Shown in pieces: positions 1-8,331 of a stretch of 64,000 bases of DNA. The stretch is from a virus (lineage: Duplodnaviria; Caudoviricetes), in the IMG/VR virus record IMGVR_UViG_3300033757_000347, one strand, 5' to 3'. Each line of letters begins with the position of its first letter. Positions within the stretch are counted from its first letter, which is position 1. The notes beneath the pieces are model-generated. The model saw only the letters and a program-made list of their open reading frames with translations, searched no databases and was not told the DNA's origin. The position numbers and the translations under genes are program-made.

Positions 1-2
1 GC

Positions 3-233
3 ATCCAGTGGTCAGCGGTCAGGGATCGTCACGCGAGCGGTAACACGGAACTAGGCAAGGTCTGGCTGAGAACCGATCGGTCCGGCCTGGTTACCGGCGT
101 TTACACGCTGTTCGGTCGGACGAGAAAGTACGTTCCAAAACCGGAAGAGAGTTGGACAGTAGAAGACGGTAAAGCCGTCGCCGAGCTAGCGCTCGAGGAC
201 GAGCTAGCATTCAGGGAAAGGTTCCCAAATTAA
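3..233 (+). CDS. hypothetical protein, 3' part (runs in from the window start)
   Basis: Frame open from the window edge to TAA at 231-233. Confidence 0.55.
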   Translation: MQWSAVRDRHASGNTELGKVWLRTDRSGLVTGVYTLFGRTRKYVPKPEESWTVEDGKAVAELALEDELAFRERFPN

Positions 234-245
234 AAACAGACAACA

Positions 246-401
246 ATGGCACTAGCATTTTTCTTAACAGTAGTCCTTGCTTTCGCAGCAGGGTGGGCAG
301 TCGGAGCGGTATTCGGATTCGGCGCTGGACCGGCATGGCGTCGGTACAAGAAGCGCATCATCGAAGAGTACGAGAAGAGCAGAACTCAGCAGCCCAAGTA
401 A
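246..401 (+). CDS. small membrane protein (51 aa)
   Basis: ATG after an A-rich leader; MALAFFLTVVLAFAAGWAVG hydrophobic N-terminus, then a basic tail. Confidence 0.6.
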   Translation: MALAFFLTVVLAFAAGWAVGAVFGFGAGPAWRRYKKRIIEEYEKSRTQQPK

Positions 402-406
402 TCCAA

Positions 407-438
407 TTTTTTCCTGTCGACAGTTTTTGGTACTTTAG
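407..438 (+). promoter_or_regulatory. early promoter repeat, copy 1
   Basis: TTTTTTCCTGTC-N12-TACTTTAG; the last box resembles the Bacteroidota -7 TAnnTTTG. Confidence 0.75.
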
Positions 439-462
439 CTTTACATCAATGAAGCTACTTGT

Positions 463-639
463 ATGCAAACCCCCCAGTCGACTGCCAACTACGCTCACGT
501 AAATTTTCAGGCCATCAGCGATGCCACCATTGAGGAATTCATGAGCCGCTCCTACATCAAGGACCGTGCCTTTGAGAGCCAGATGGGCCTCCTCTACGAC
601 ATGATCCTGGCCAACGACATGGCGGAGGTGGACGAATGA
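463..639 (+). CDS. hypothetical early protein (58 aa)
   Basis: MQTPQSTANYAHVNF...; stop overlaps the next ATG (ATGA). Confidence 0.6.
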   Translation: MQTPQSTANYAHVNFQAISDATIEEFMSRSYIKDRAFESQMGLLYDMILANDMAEVDE

Positions 640-842
640 GCCTTATCGACGAAGCGGGAGCCAAGTCTCTGATGACCTGGCTCCCGAACCGCGGGATGGA
701 ACCGGTGGAAGCGACCATCACGAAGGGCGAGGAAACCCTGACCCTCACGGTCACGAAGGATTCCGACCTGGCAATGCTGAAGATACTGTGCGCTCAGAAC
801 GGCGCGAAACTTCAAGTCAACCAACTAGTGCAGACTAATTAA
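636..842 (+). CDS. hypothetical protein
   Basis: ORF track; translationally coupled to the upstream ORF. Confidence 0.6.
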   Translation: MSLIDEAGAKSLMTWLPNRGMEPVEATITKGEETLTLTVTKDSDLAMLKILCAQNGAKLQVNQLVQTN

Positions 843-860
843 AACTAAGGAGGTAACGAA

Positions 861-1082
861 ATGACAAGAGCCGAAATTCTGGCAGCTGTGACAAGGATAG
901 TTAACAGTTGCCTTACCTACGATCAGCTTTCAAGCTGCATGTCGTTCTTAGAGAACGGCTACGTTTGCAAAGACATTACCGACCGGCTGGAGGTGTTCCG
1001 CATCTTGCAAACGAAAGCTTATTCCATGCGAATTGGCGACCTTCGCGAGCATAACTTAAAACTCAAAGAGATTTTACAGTGA
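861..1082 (+). CDS. hypothetical protein
   Basis: ORF track; AAGGAGGT upstream. Confidence 0.65.
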   Translation: MTRAEILAAVTRIVNSCLTYDQLSSCMSFLENGYVCKDITDRLEVFRILQTKAYSMRIGDLREHNLKLKEILQ

Positions 1083-1084
1083 TC

Positions 1085-1312
1085 TTCCTGTGGCGGGAAG
1101 TTTAAACCCAAAGGATATGACCCCTCAAGAATTCAAAGAAGCCCTCAACTCGTGCAAGACCGAGGAGGAACTGGACGCTCTGTGCCGGAAGGAAGTTCAA
1201 CTGCTCTTCGCAAGCGAGAGCTCGAAGGAACTGATGAAGGCCGTTTACGCTGCCAGGTACAAGATAATCGACAAAAGACTCCATCCCTGATTTTTTCCTG
1301 TGGCGGGAAGTT
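1085..1312 (+). repeat. 18-bp direct repeat TTCCTGTGGCGGGAAGTT (1085-1102 and 1295-1312) flanking a small ORF
   Basis: Exact duplication; the second copy is part of promoter copy 2. Confidence 0.85.
1117..1290 (+). CDS. hypothetical protein
   Basis: MTPQEFKEAL...; ATG at 1117. Confidence 0.6.
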   Translation: MTPQEFKEALNSCKTEEELDALCRKEVQLLFASESSKELMKAVYAARYKIIDKRLHP

Positions 1313-1322
1313 GTTAGTTTAG
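1291..1322 (+). promoter_or_regulatory. early promoter repeat, copy 2
   Basis: TTTTTTCCTGTG-N12-TAGTTTAG. Confidence 0.7.
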
Positions 1323-1350
1323 AGTCAGTATTAACCTTAAATCGTTAGTT

Positions 1351-1509
1351 ATGAGTTTCTTTGGAGGCTTGCTCGTTATCATAGGTATATTCGTCGCGCC
1401 GATCTTCACGCTGTCCATGGTCCTGTACTGGGCTGGCTGTCCTTTTCTCGGAACGGTAGCTCTCGTGATATCGCTCGTAGCCGGCGGAGTTCGACTAGCT
1501 AACAGCTAG
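1351..1509 (+). CDS. small membrane protein
   Basis: MSFFGGLLVIIGIFVAPIF... hydrophobic; directly after a promoter. Confidence 0.55.
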   Translation: MSFFGGLLVIIGIFVAPIFTLSMVLYWAGCPFLGTVALVISLVAGGVRLANS

Positions 1510-1511
1510 GA

Positions 1512-1543
1512 TTTTTTCCTTTCGAGAATTCGTGGTACTTTTA
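1512..1543 (+). promoter_or_regulatory. early promoter repeat, copy 3 (drives RNA element A1)
   Basis: TTTTTTCCTTTC-N12-TACTTTTA. Confidence 0.75.
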
Positions 1544-1547
1544 CCTA

Positions 1548-1629
1548 GTTATCTTGCTGAAGGCAAGCTCTGACGGGCCGAACCTACGGGACCTTGGGAG
1601 AGTATACTCCGCCCTACACTTTATTTTTT
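1548..1629 (+). ncRNA. candidate structured small RNA, copy A1
   Basis: GTTATCTTGCtgaagGCAAGCTCTGACGGG-variable hairpin-GAGAGTATACTCCGCCCTAC; homologues at 9797 and 12064; no ORF. Confidence 0.65.
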
Positions 1630-1661
1630 AGAGAAAATTTTTCGAAAATTTTTAGCCCGGA

Positions 1662-1693
1662 TTTTTTCCTTCCAACAGTTCGTGTTATATTAG
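1662..1693 (+). promoter_or_regulatory. early promoter repeat, copy 4
   Basis: TTTTTTCCTTCC-N12-TATATTAG. Confidence 0.75.
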
Positions 1694-1723
1694 CTTCATA
1701 TTAATCAACTAACACTTTTCACC

Positions 1724-1981
1724 ATGGCATTCAGACACCAACCCATTTCGACCGAAGACCTTCAGGCCCGCCTCCGCAGCGGAGTCGTTAAGTTCGCTTT
1801 CGTGAAACTCGATGGCAGCCTGCGTGAAGTTCAGGGAACGCTCAACTTGAACCACATCCCTGCGACCAAGCACCCCAACGGGAACGGGAACCCTTCTCCG
1901 AGAGCGGTGCGGTTTTTTGACTACCTCGTCGGAGAGTGGAGAAGCTTCCGCGTAGGCAGTCAACTGTTCATACTGGAATAG
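1724..1981 (+). CDS. SH3 beta-barrel / WYL_2 (DUF2693)-like protein
   Basis: VKFAFVKLDGSLREVQGTL...FFDY...WRSFR pattern. Confidence 0.7.
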   Translation: MAFRHQPISTEDLQARLRSGVVKFAFVKLDGSLREVQGTLNLNHIPATKHPNGNGNPSPRAVRFFDYLVGEWRSFRVGSQLFILE

Positions 1982-1993
1982 TCTCAGCCACAC

Positions 1994-2020
1994 ACCCGAG
2001 CCCCTCAGATGGGCTCGGGT
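1994..2020 (+). terminator. strong hairpin
   Basis: ACCCGAGCCC/GGGCTCGGGT 10-bp stem; U-tract is weak. Confidence 0.5.
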
Positions 2021-2052
2021 TGGAGGGATAGATAGAACAAAAGGCCCTCCTC

Positions 2053-2640
2053 ATGTCACACGTAATGTCATTTAATGAGTTCGTAAACGAATCAATCCAA
2101 CCCATAAACGAGATGCCAAGATACCACAGATACGGCGGTTACCGCAGCCGCTACAACGGATCAGCTGAGTACTACAACGTCCTTCCTCGCGACGAGATGA
2201 GAGCTCGTGAACTGACCAAGCGACCCTCCAACTGGACAGCTAACCTTACCGACGAGGAGGTAGCCATCATCAATGCCAAGAAGATGGCGAAGGCGATTAC
2301 CGACGAGGGCAAGATGATCGCCCGCATGGAAGCAGTGTACAACCAGTGGGGTCCGGGTCCAATCCTGCAGCCGTTCATCGACCGCATAATGGAAGCCATG
2401 CCGAACAGGAAGTACACAGCAGCGTGGCGGATCGGTACTCAGGACGGAGCTGTCGCTGCAAACCCTGAAGGCCACATGTCCGCTGAAGATGACGCAGCTA
2501 TCGCTCACATACTCGCAGACCTTGGAGTCCTGCCGGACGAGCACAAGTTCAAGGGCAACAGCGCTGAGCAGATCATCTACCAGGTAGCCTACAACAAAGC
2601 CATGGAAGAGGAGCTGGCCAAGACCAACGTTACTCCCTAG
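2053..2640 (+). CDS. putative internal virion protein (capsid-targeting-like N-terminus)
   Basis: MSHVMSFNEFVNES...INE resembles the T4 IP CTS MKTYQEFIAE. Confidence 0.55.
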   Translation: MSHVMSFNEFVNESIQPINEMPRYHRYGGYRSRYNGSAEYYNVLPRDEMRARELTKRPSNWTANLTDEEVAIINAKKMAKAITDEGKMIARMEAVYNQWGPGPILQPFIDRIMEAMPNRKYTAAWRIGTQDGAVAANPEGHMSAEDDAAIAHILADLGVLPDEHKFKGNSAEQIIYQVAYNKAMEEELAKTNVTP

Positions 2641-2650
2641 TACCGGCCCA

Positions 2651-2682
2651 TTTTTTCCTTTCAACGGTTATTGTTAAATTAG
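2651..2682 (+). promoter_or_regulatory. early promoter repeat, copy 5
   Basis: TTTTTTCCTTTC-N12-TAAATTAG. Confidence 0.75.
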
Positions 2683-2701
2683 CAATCTCAATACTAGAGG
2701 T

Positions 2702-3877
2702 ATGAGATCCAACAAGATAAAAGTATTCTACAACCCGAAGCAAGTTCTTTCCGCGGACGCGAAAAAGAACTTCAGCAAGAGCCCGCTCAAGCCAAAGCTC
2801 CTGCTCGAGCATCTGACCGAACACGGGTTGGCCGACCACCTGAACATGGTCAGCAACTTCAGGCCGTACAACGCTTACGACTTTCAGATCGCCCACACAG
2901 TTGAATACGTCAACTCTTTCTTTAACGGCGGTTACCTAGCTTCGACCAACGGTCTGGCGTGGAGCCCGCAGTTCGCTGACTCTGTCAGGTACACGAACGC
3001 CAGCCTGTGGGAAGCTATAAAGAACTCCCTAGTAAACCCTGAGGAAGTAAGCTTCAGCCCGACCAGCGGGTTCCACCACGCTCGTCCGAGCAAGGGTTCG
3101 GGATTCTGCACGTTCAGCGGTCAGGTCATAGCGAGCGTCAAGGCTTACCGCAAGTTCGGAGCTGTTGGCTGCTACATAGACTTGGACGGACACTTCGGCA
3201 ACAGCCTCGAAGATTCCCGGTACTTCCAGCCTGACCTCAACGCGGCAGTACCGGTTGGATTCAATTTCAACTCGCGCCTGCAGGGAGAAGCTTACTACAA
3301 GGACTTGGTAAACTTCATCCTCAAGAAGCTGACGCCGGCCCTGATCGAAGGTAAGATCGATTACGTGGTGTGGTGCCACGGTGCCGACAGCCACGAGTGG
3401 GACCAGCTCGGCTACCAGGTAAATACCGAACAGTGGGTACGCTGCGCCAAGTTCTTCTGGACGTGGGTGAAGGAGATGGACCAGGCTCTAGGCCGCCCGC
3501 TCTCCGTAGTAGCTTCCCTGTTCGGCGGCTACCGGTCAGACGACTACGATTCGGTCTTAAGCCTCCACGCTAGCGACCTGCGCGAGTGCATGAACTGCTT
3601 GCTCGGTTTAGGAGTTGAGTACGAGACAGACGTCAAGCCAGCCCCAAGAAGAGACTACTTCAACACTCACAGAGACTTCTACGTCGGCCGGACTGAGGGG
3701 TCAACGATAGACCGTAGTCTCTATCTTCCGTCCACAGACCGCGGAACGAGACTCTCTGACCAAGCCATGCTCGACATCAGGAGAAAGGAATGGGAAAGAG
3801 AACGCGACCGCCAGAACGAGGAGGAGTTCGAGAAGTACTACGCTCTGAGACAGAAGTTAAACGGCAGGTCAGAGTAG
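2702..3877 (+). CDS. histone-deacetylase (HDAC/AcuC)-family Zn deacetylase
   Basis: Motifs GFHHA, GSGFC, DLDGHFGN, GADSH, GGY. Confidence 0.85.
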   Translation: MRSNKIKVFYNPKQVLSADAKKNFSKSPLKPKLLLEHLTEHGLADHLNMVSNFRPYNAYDFQIAHTVEYVNSFFNGGYLASTNGLAWSPQFADSVRYTNASLWEAIKNSLVNPEEVSFSPTSGFHHARPSKGSGFCTFSGQVIASVKAYRKFGAVGCYIDLDGHFGNSLEDSRYFQPDLNAAVPVGFNFNSRLQGEAYYKDLVNFILKKLTPALIEGKIDYVVWCHGADSHEWDQLGYQVNTEQWVRCAKFFWTWVKEMDQALGRPLSVVASLFGGYRSDDYDSVLSLHASDLRECMNCLLGLGVEYETDVKPAPRRDYFNTHRDFYVGRTEGSTIDRSLYLPSTDRGTRLSDQAMLDIRRKEWERERDRQNEEEFEKYYALRQKLNGRSE

Positions 3878-3878
3878 A

Positions 3879-3910
3879 TTTTTTCCTGTCAAAGATTCTT
3901 TTTACTTTTA
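3879..3910 (+). promoter_or_regulatory. early promoter repeat, copy 6
   Basis: TTTTTTCCTGTC-N12-TACTTTTA. Confidence 0.75.
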
Positions 3911-3928
3911 CTTTAAATTATTAAAGCA

Positions 3929-4240
3929 ATGAACTTAACAGAAGTCAAAGTCCGCAGGTCAGAGAGACCTCAGAAAACAAGAATCTTTATCTTCGAAAAG
4001 GGCGAGGGAATTCTCGAAAACCTGATGAAGCGGCACGGCCGCCCGTACGAAGCGTACAAGAAAGAAGTTCTACCGCTCGTGAAAGCATGGCTCGCCGCCA
4101 ACCGGCCAGACGTCAACGAACTGGAAATCGGCAAAAGCATAGGCTGGAGCCAGAAAGCTGGCTGCTCGTGCGGCTGCTCTCCAGGGTTTATCGTCGACTA
4201 CTTCGGATGCAGAGACATCTACGTCACGATCTCGAACTGA
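3929..4240 (+). CDS. hypothetical protein with WSxKAGCSCGCSPGF motif
   Basis: ORF directly after a promoter. Confidence 0.7.
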   Translation: MNLTEVKVRRSERPQKTRIFIFEKGEGILENLMKRHGRPYEAYKKEVLPLVKAWLAANRPDVNELEIGKSIGWSQKAGCSCGCSPGFIVDYFGCRDIYVTISN

Positions 4241-4269
4241 GAGCCCATGCCCGCCCGGCATGGGTATTT
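4241..4269 (+). terminator. hairpin/terminator repeated at 15712-15740
   Basis: GAGCCCATGCCcgcccGGCATGGGTATTT; 28/29 identical to the second copy. Confidence 0.65.
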
Positions 4270-4319
4270 CAGGGTCCCCTCTACCGAGGGGATTTTTGTT
4301 AAAAAAGAATAGGGACCGA

Positions 4320-4351
4320 TTTTTTCCTGTCAACCTGTCGAATTATATTAG
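4320..4351 (+). promoter_or_regulatory. early promoter repeat, copy 7
   Basis: TTTTTTCCTGTC-N12-TATATTAG. Confidence 0.75.
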
Positions 4352-4371
4352 CAGCATCAATCAACAAAACT

Positions 4372-4965
4372 ATGAACGTCGAAACTGCAACAAAGATCAC
4401 CACCCTTACCGAAGCAAGAGCCGCCATCGCTGGTATACCGGCTCTTCACCAAGGAGGATGCGGCATTGCTGCTCTTGCTCTAGCTCGCTGGATAAAGAAC
4501 AGCAGCATGGCAGCAACAACTCTGTTCGTCCTAGGCGACAACAGCGGTTCCTATTACAGGACCAATGCTAGCGCGATAATAGATTCGTCGATCGAACCTG
4601 ATTCGTGCTCGCACATAGGGTTGATAGTCTACGACTTCAACAGTAACCAGCAGTACATAATCGATGCTCGCGGCATCTACGACATGGGAGAGTACCCGTA
4701 CATCAACATCGTTTCGAAAGAGAGCATCATGGTCAGGTCGATAAACCGGGTTGACCGGTGGAACGATTCGTTCGACCGTCGCTACGTCGCTGAGATAGCA
4801 AAGCGTCTCGACATAGACCTTTCCGACATAGACTGCCGGACGAATAGCGAGTACCGCGAAGCGACCGAACAGAAAAAGCAGATCGAAGAAACTCAGACGG
4901 TCGAAGGCTACCAGTCCTTACTTTGGGAAATGCTGCAGCCAACGTCCCTTCTGATGTCAATGTAA
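4372..4965 (+). CDS. hypothetical protein (GGC...H...D; possibly papain-like/transglutaminase-like)
   Basis: HQGGCGIAA, SHIGL, IIDA; fold assignment is weak. Confidence 0.6.
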   Translation: MNVETATKITTLTEARAAIAGIPALHQGGCGIAALALARWIKNSSMAATTLFVLGDNSGSYYRTNASAIIDSSIEPDSCSHIGLIVYDFNSNQQYIIDARGIYDMGEYPYINIVSKESIMVRSINRVDRWNDSFDRRYVAEIAKRLDIDLSDIDCRTNSEYREATEQKKQIEETQTVEGYQSLLWEMLQPTSLLMSM

Positions 4966-5080
4966 GTATATTATTAACAATCAAAGCCACGATGACGACC
5001 TCGACCACTCGAGCTACACGTTCATCGACTGCAGCGGACTGCGCGTGAGGCCGATGGAATAAGCCGAATTCTTCTCAACG

Positions 5081-5108
5081 AAGGTGGAGCCCAAAAGGCT
5101 CCACTTTT
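5081..5108 (+). terminator. intrinsic terminator
   Basis: AAGGTGGAGCC/GGCTCCACTTT followed by a U-tract. Confidence 0.75.
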
Positions 5109-5120
5109 GTTTTGCTAGAA

Positions 5121-5152
5121 TTTTTTCGTCTCGCTAAAACTTGTTAATTTTA
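5121..5152 (+). promoter_or_regulatory. early promoter repeat, copy 8
   Basis: TTTTTTCGTCTC-N12-TAATTTTA. Confidence 0.65.
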
Positions 5153-5171
5153 CAGCATAATCATTAACAAC

Positions 5172-5381
5172 ATGGCAAACGGTAAAAGAATACTAGCCCA
5201 TTTCGCAGCCGATTACAAGGACACGGAAGAGATAATCGACGGGTTCAAGGAAGCCCTGGAAAAATTCGGAATCAAAGTGTACGATGATCCGAACTGCGAA
5301 GGAACCGACACGTACGGTTTTCTCCTCTCGAACGAGGAACTGACCGAGAGCGAAGTAAAAGATTTAACCGAACTATCATGA
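5172..5381 (+). CDS. hypothetical acidic protein
   Basis: ORF track; after a promoter. Confidence 0.65.
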   Translation: MANGKRILAHFAADYKDTEEIIDGFKEALEKFGIKVYDDPNCEGTDTYGFLLSNEELTESEVKDLTELS

Positions 5382-5659
5382 AGCAGCCGCTCGACGTTAC
5401 CCACCCAGCTATTCACTGTAACGCAGCCGACCAGAGATTTTCCTGCGAGCTGTCAAGCATAAGCTTGAACCACATCGACCTCCAGTGCCACCGTCACGAG
5501 CCGATCGAGCTGGTGAACCCGAAAACCGGAGCTAAGGTTACCGTAACCTGGGTCAAGGACGACAAGGACGGAAGCGGAGAGGACACCTACGGGTTCAATT
5601 ACATCGGTTACAACAAGGAAACCGGCCGACACTTTACATTTTTGTTCATAAACGATTGA
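5378..5659 (+). CDS. hypothetical protein
   Basis: ORF track; ATGA coupling. Confidence 0.65.
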   Translation: MKQPLDVTHPAIHCNAADQRFSCELSSISLNHIDLQCHRHEPIELVNPKTGAKVTVTWVKDDKDGSGEDTYGFNYIGYNKETGRHFTFLFIND

Positions 5660-5677
5660 CACTTTTTTAACCGAAAA

Positions 5678-5709
5678 TTTTTTCCTGTCAGAAAAGCGTG
5701 TTATATTTG
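5678..5709 (+). promoter_or_regulatory. early promoter repeat, copy 9
   Basis: TTTTTTCCTGTC-N12-TATATTTG (canonical Bacteroidota -7). Confidence 0.8.
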
Positions 5710-5733
5710 CTTCATAAATTCTAAACAACAACA

Positions 5734-6453
5734 ATGGCACAGAGATTCGAAACATCGGAAACCCTTCCACAGTACTTCAAGGAGATCTCGCTCGTCGAGG
5801 ACCACATGACCAAGGAGGAAGAGCAAGCTCTAGCACGTAGGATTCAGAAAGGAGACGAAGCTGCTCTCAACAAGCTCGTGAGCGCGAACCTCAAGTACGT
5901 CGTGACCATGGCCAACAAGTTCATCGGCATGGGAGTTTCGGTCGACGACCTCATCCAGGAAGGAAACCTCGGGCTCATCGAAGCTGCCAAGAGGTACCGC
6001 CCAACAGCTGACACAAAGTTCCTTACTTATGCCAAGTTCTGGATCAGGAAGAGCCTCAACCTCGCTCTGTGCCAGCACGGAAGGACCGTTCGCCTGCCGG
6101 TTAACCAGGAATACGACATCTACAAGCAGAAGATGCGGGGCGAGACCCCTAACCTTGCCAACGTTCGCATCGACGTTAAGGTCGGCGAGGACAAGGACGT
6201 CAGCCTTGGAGACCTCGTGCTTCGCGACGAGTTCAACGATCCGTTCGCAAACCAGGACACTGACCGCATAATGAAAGCTCTTCTCGAAGTCCTGAAGCCG
6301 ACCGAGAAAAGGATCGTTGAACTCTTCTACGGCCTGAACGACGGCGACAGCATGTCGACCAAGGAAGTAGCTGAGCAGGTCGGAAAGACCGCAGCTGAAG
6401 TTAACCGCGCTCTGAAAGTCGCGAGAGCGAAGATGAAAAGAATCGTCAAGTAA
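5734..6453 (+). CDS. sigma70-family RNA polymerase sigma factor
   Basis: Region 1.2 (QYFKEI..EEE), region 2 (NLKYV..A, DLIQEGNLGL, FLTYAKFWIR, RTVRLP), region 4 HTH. Confidence 0.92.
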   Translation: MAQRFETSETLPQYFKEISLVEDHMTKEEEQALARRIQKGDEAALNKLVSANLKYVVTMANKFIGMGVSVDDLIQEGNLGLIEAAKRYRPTADTKFLTYAKFWIRKSLNLALCQHGRTVRLPVNQEYDIYKQKMRGETPNLANVRIDVKVGEDKDVSLGDLVLRDEFNDPFANQDTDRIMKALLEVLKPTEKRIVELFYGLNDGDSMSTKEVAEQVGKTAAEVNRALKVARAKMKRIVK

Positions 6454-6485
6454 TTTTTTCCTTTCTTAAAATAGTTCTACTTTTA
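6454..6485 (+). promoter_or_regulatory. early promoter repeat, copy 10
   Basis: TTTTTTCCTTTC-N12-TACTTTTA; ATG only 4 nt downstream, so the mRNA may be leaderless. Confidence 0.75.
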
Positions 6486-6489
6486 CACA

Positions 6490-6717
6490 ATGAACGCACC
6501 TAAACTGAGAACATCAACGGAAGATACTGCTCGCTACTGGGCAAAGACGGGAACGGACATTCTATTCTCGGAATCAGACCCCTTCGACGGCAAAGTCTCG
6601 AAGGAAAAGCTCGAGCAGAACTTGTACAACCGAATACTGATGAACATCATCGACTACGAAACGCCCGACGTGAGCGAAGCTCAGCTGGCCGAATGCATCG
6701 AACTCTCCAAAAATTAA
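6490..6717 (+). CDS. hypothetical protein
   Basis: ORF track. Confidence 0.6.
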   Translation: MNAPKLRTSTEDTARYWAKTGTDILFSESDPFDGKVSKEKLEQNLYNRILMNIIDYETPDVSEAQLAECIELSKN

Positions 6718-6722
6718 AGACC

Positions 6723-6926
6723 ATGAACTACGAGATAAACGTATCTTACAAAGGAGAACACTACTTCGCTACCGCTGAACGGTCCATAACGACCAAGAAG
6801 CACTGCGTGGAACTTCTCCTGAAATCTCGCGAAGCTTTTCCAAAAGCGAAAGGCTACGAGATAAGCGTGACTCGCTGGGAAAAGGTCGGTTACTTGATCA
6901 ACTTAACTGAATTATTGGAACCATGA
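6723..6926 (+). CDS. hypothetical protein
   Basis: MNYEINVSYKGEHYFAT... Confidence 0.65.
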   Translation: MNYEINVSYKGEHYFATAERSITTKKHCVELLLKSREAFPKAKGYEISVTRWEKVGYLINLTELLEP

Positions 6927-7087
6927 AAAGAACGAAGAAAGAACCGATCGCCGATCGTCGGCGCAAAGCTCTGATGGAGCACTTCCACCGAATGGATCAC
7001 CGGCTTCTCGTGAGCTTCCTCAACTGCTGGCTCAAGAATTCCGAGGTCAAGTACCTCTGCCAGGAGGAAGGCGTGAAAGTCGACTAG
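6923..7087 (+). CDS. hypothetical protein (54 aa)
   Basis: ATGA-coupled ORF MKRTKKEPIADRRRK... Confidence 0.55.
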   Translation: MKRTKKEPIADRRRKALMEHFHRMDHRLLVSFLNCWLKNSEVKYLCQEEGVKVD

Positions 7088-7089
7088 GA

Positions 7090-7121
7090 TTTTTTCCTTT
7101 CGCGAAACAGTTTTACTTTTA
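7090..7121 (+). promoter_or_regulatory. early promoter repeat, copy 11
   Basis: TTTTTTCCTTTC-N12-TACTTTTA. Confidence 0.75.
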
Positions 7122-7145
7122 CCATAACATAATGCATAAAACAAA

Positions 7146-7448
7146 ATGATCGCATCAGCAACACAGCACGGTTCGATGGTCATCTTAAGAGACCAGTTCG
7201 GCCAGCAAGTCGGCAGCCTGTCCATATCGAATGGACAGCTGCTGGGCTTTTCTCGTGACTTTGTCGTGATCCAATTCGGAAACATGATAACTACTATGGA
7301 CGAGAACCAAAGGACCCTTGGAACCATCCCCTTGGGCTCCAGCTTCAGGGTGCAGGGAATCAACGAATCAGGATTCAGCGCGAGGACAGGCAACATGGTC
7401 TTCTCCTACGACAAGTACTGTCGTCAGGTCGGAAGTTACCCTGTCTGA
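7146..7448 (+). CDS. hypothetical beta-rich protein
   Basis: ORF filling one cassette. Confidence 0.7.
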   Translation: MIASATQHGSMVILRDQFGQQVGSLSISNGQLLGFSRDFVVIQFGNMITTMDENQRTLGTIPLGSSFRVQGINESGFSARTGNMVFSYDKYCRQVGSYPV

Positions 7449-7480
7449 TTTTTTCCTTTCGCGGATTCTTGTTACTTTTA
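7449..7480 (+). promoter_or_regulatory. early promoter repeat, copy 12
   Basis: TTTTTTCCTTTC-N12-TACTTTTA. Confidence 0.75.
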
Positions 7481-7516
7481 CAGCATCAATCAATAACTAA
7501 CTAAAAACATTTCATC

Positions 7517-8005
7517 ATGATCGAAATTAAAATTATCCCTGGCGTTACTGACCTTTCGCAGTTTCCTGACGAAATCCTGAAAATCATGATCGATGCAAGC
7601 GCAGGCACGGTCAACCAGATGACGGAATCCATCGTTGAGACCATGAAGGAAGTCGAGGAGATCAAGGAAGCTCAGAAAGTTCAGATCGCCGAACGCAACC
7701 GCATGAAAGCTGAACTTCGCAGGCGCGAAAAGATGGAGCTCATGGCAAAGCTCGTGACCGAGCACAACAAGGAATACTGTCACGAACCAGGTGGACACAT
7801 CAGCAAGCCGATAGAAGCCAGCGAGAAGGACGGAGCCTTTTACGTTCGCGTTCCGCTTCCTGTCTGCAATCCCAACTGGACATTCATGGCCTGGGAATGG
7901 GCAACCACCTTCTGCCGCAAGAATCGGTGCTTCTACCCGACTCACGAACCGTGGCAGGACTGCAGGTACATCTACCTGAAAATGGGATCGCCGCTCGAAG
8001 GTTAA
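7517..8005 (+). CDS. hypothetical protein
   Basis: ORF track. Confidence 0.7.
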   Translation: MIEIKIIPGVTDLSQFPDEILKIMIDASAGTVNQMTESIVETMKEVEEIKEAQKVQIAERNRMKAELRRREKMELMAKLVTEHNKEYCHEPGGHISKPIEASEKDGAFYVRVPLPVCNPNWTFMAWEWATTFCRKNRCFYPTHEPWQDCRYIYLKMGSPLEG

Positions 8006-8331
8006 GAGAACCAAACGACTCTAATGAAAGGGTCCTCACGGCCCCTTTCCTGTTTAAGGAGATATAGATACTACAAAGAGTCCAAAGATAACCCATGGAA
8101 CTACTCGACATAAACTACTGGACAGGCTTGCTTCATTTCGGTCTGACAGCATTTGCAGCTCTGTGCTTGGTCTACGCGATCAGGCTGTTAAAAAGAACGA
8201 AAAAGAAAAGGTAAATAGAGATAGGCCTTTTACTATACATTCTGAACACAAAAGAGTTGCTAGGATCTTACCTTTCAACTCTTTTTTAGTATATTATTGG
8301 TAGGTAGACCAAAAAAGACTGAACACACCAG

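Noticed and set aside
1548-1629. RNA element A as a hammerhead, twister, HDV ribozyme or fluoride riboswitch
   Set aside because: The core motifs are not matched by eye, so it is left unclassified
2631-2643. CTCCCTAGTAC as a 23S sarcin-ricin loop mimic
   Set aside because: It lacks the following GAGAGGAC and also occurs on a non-coding strand
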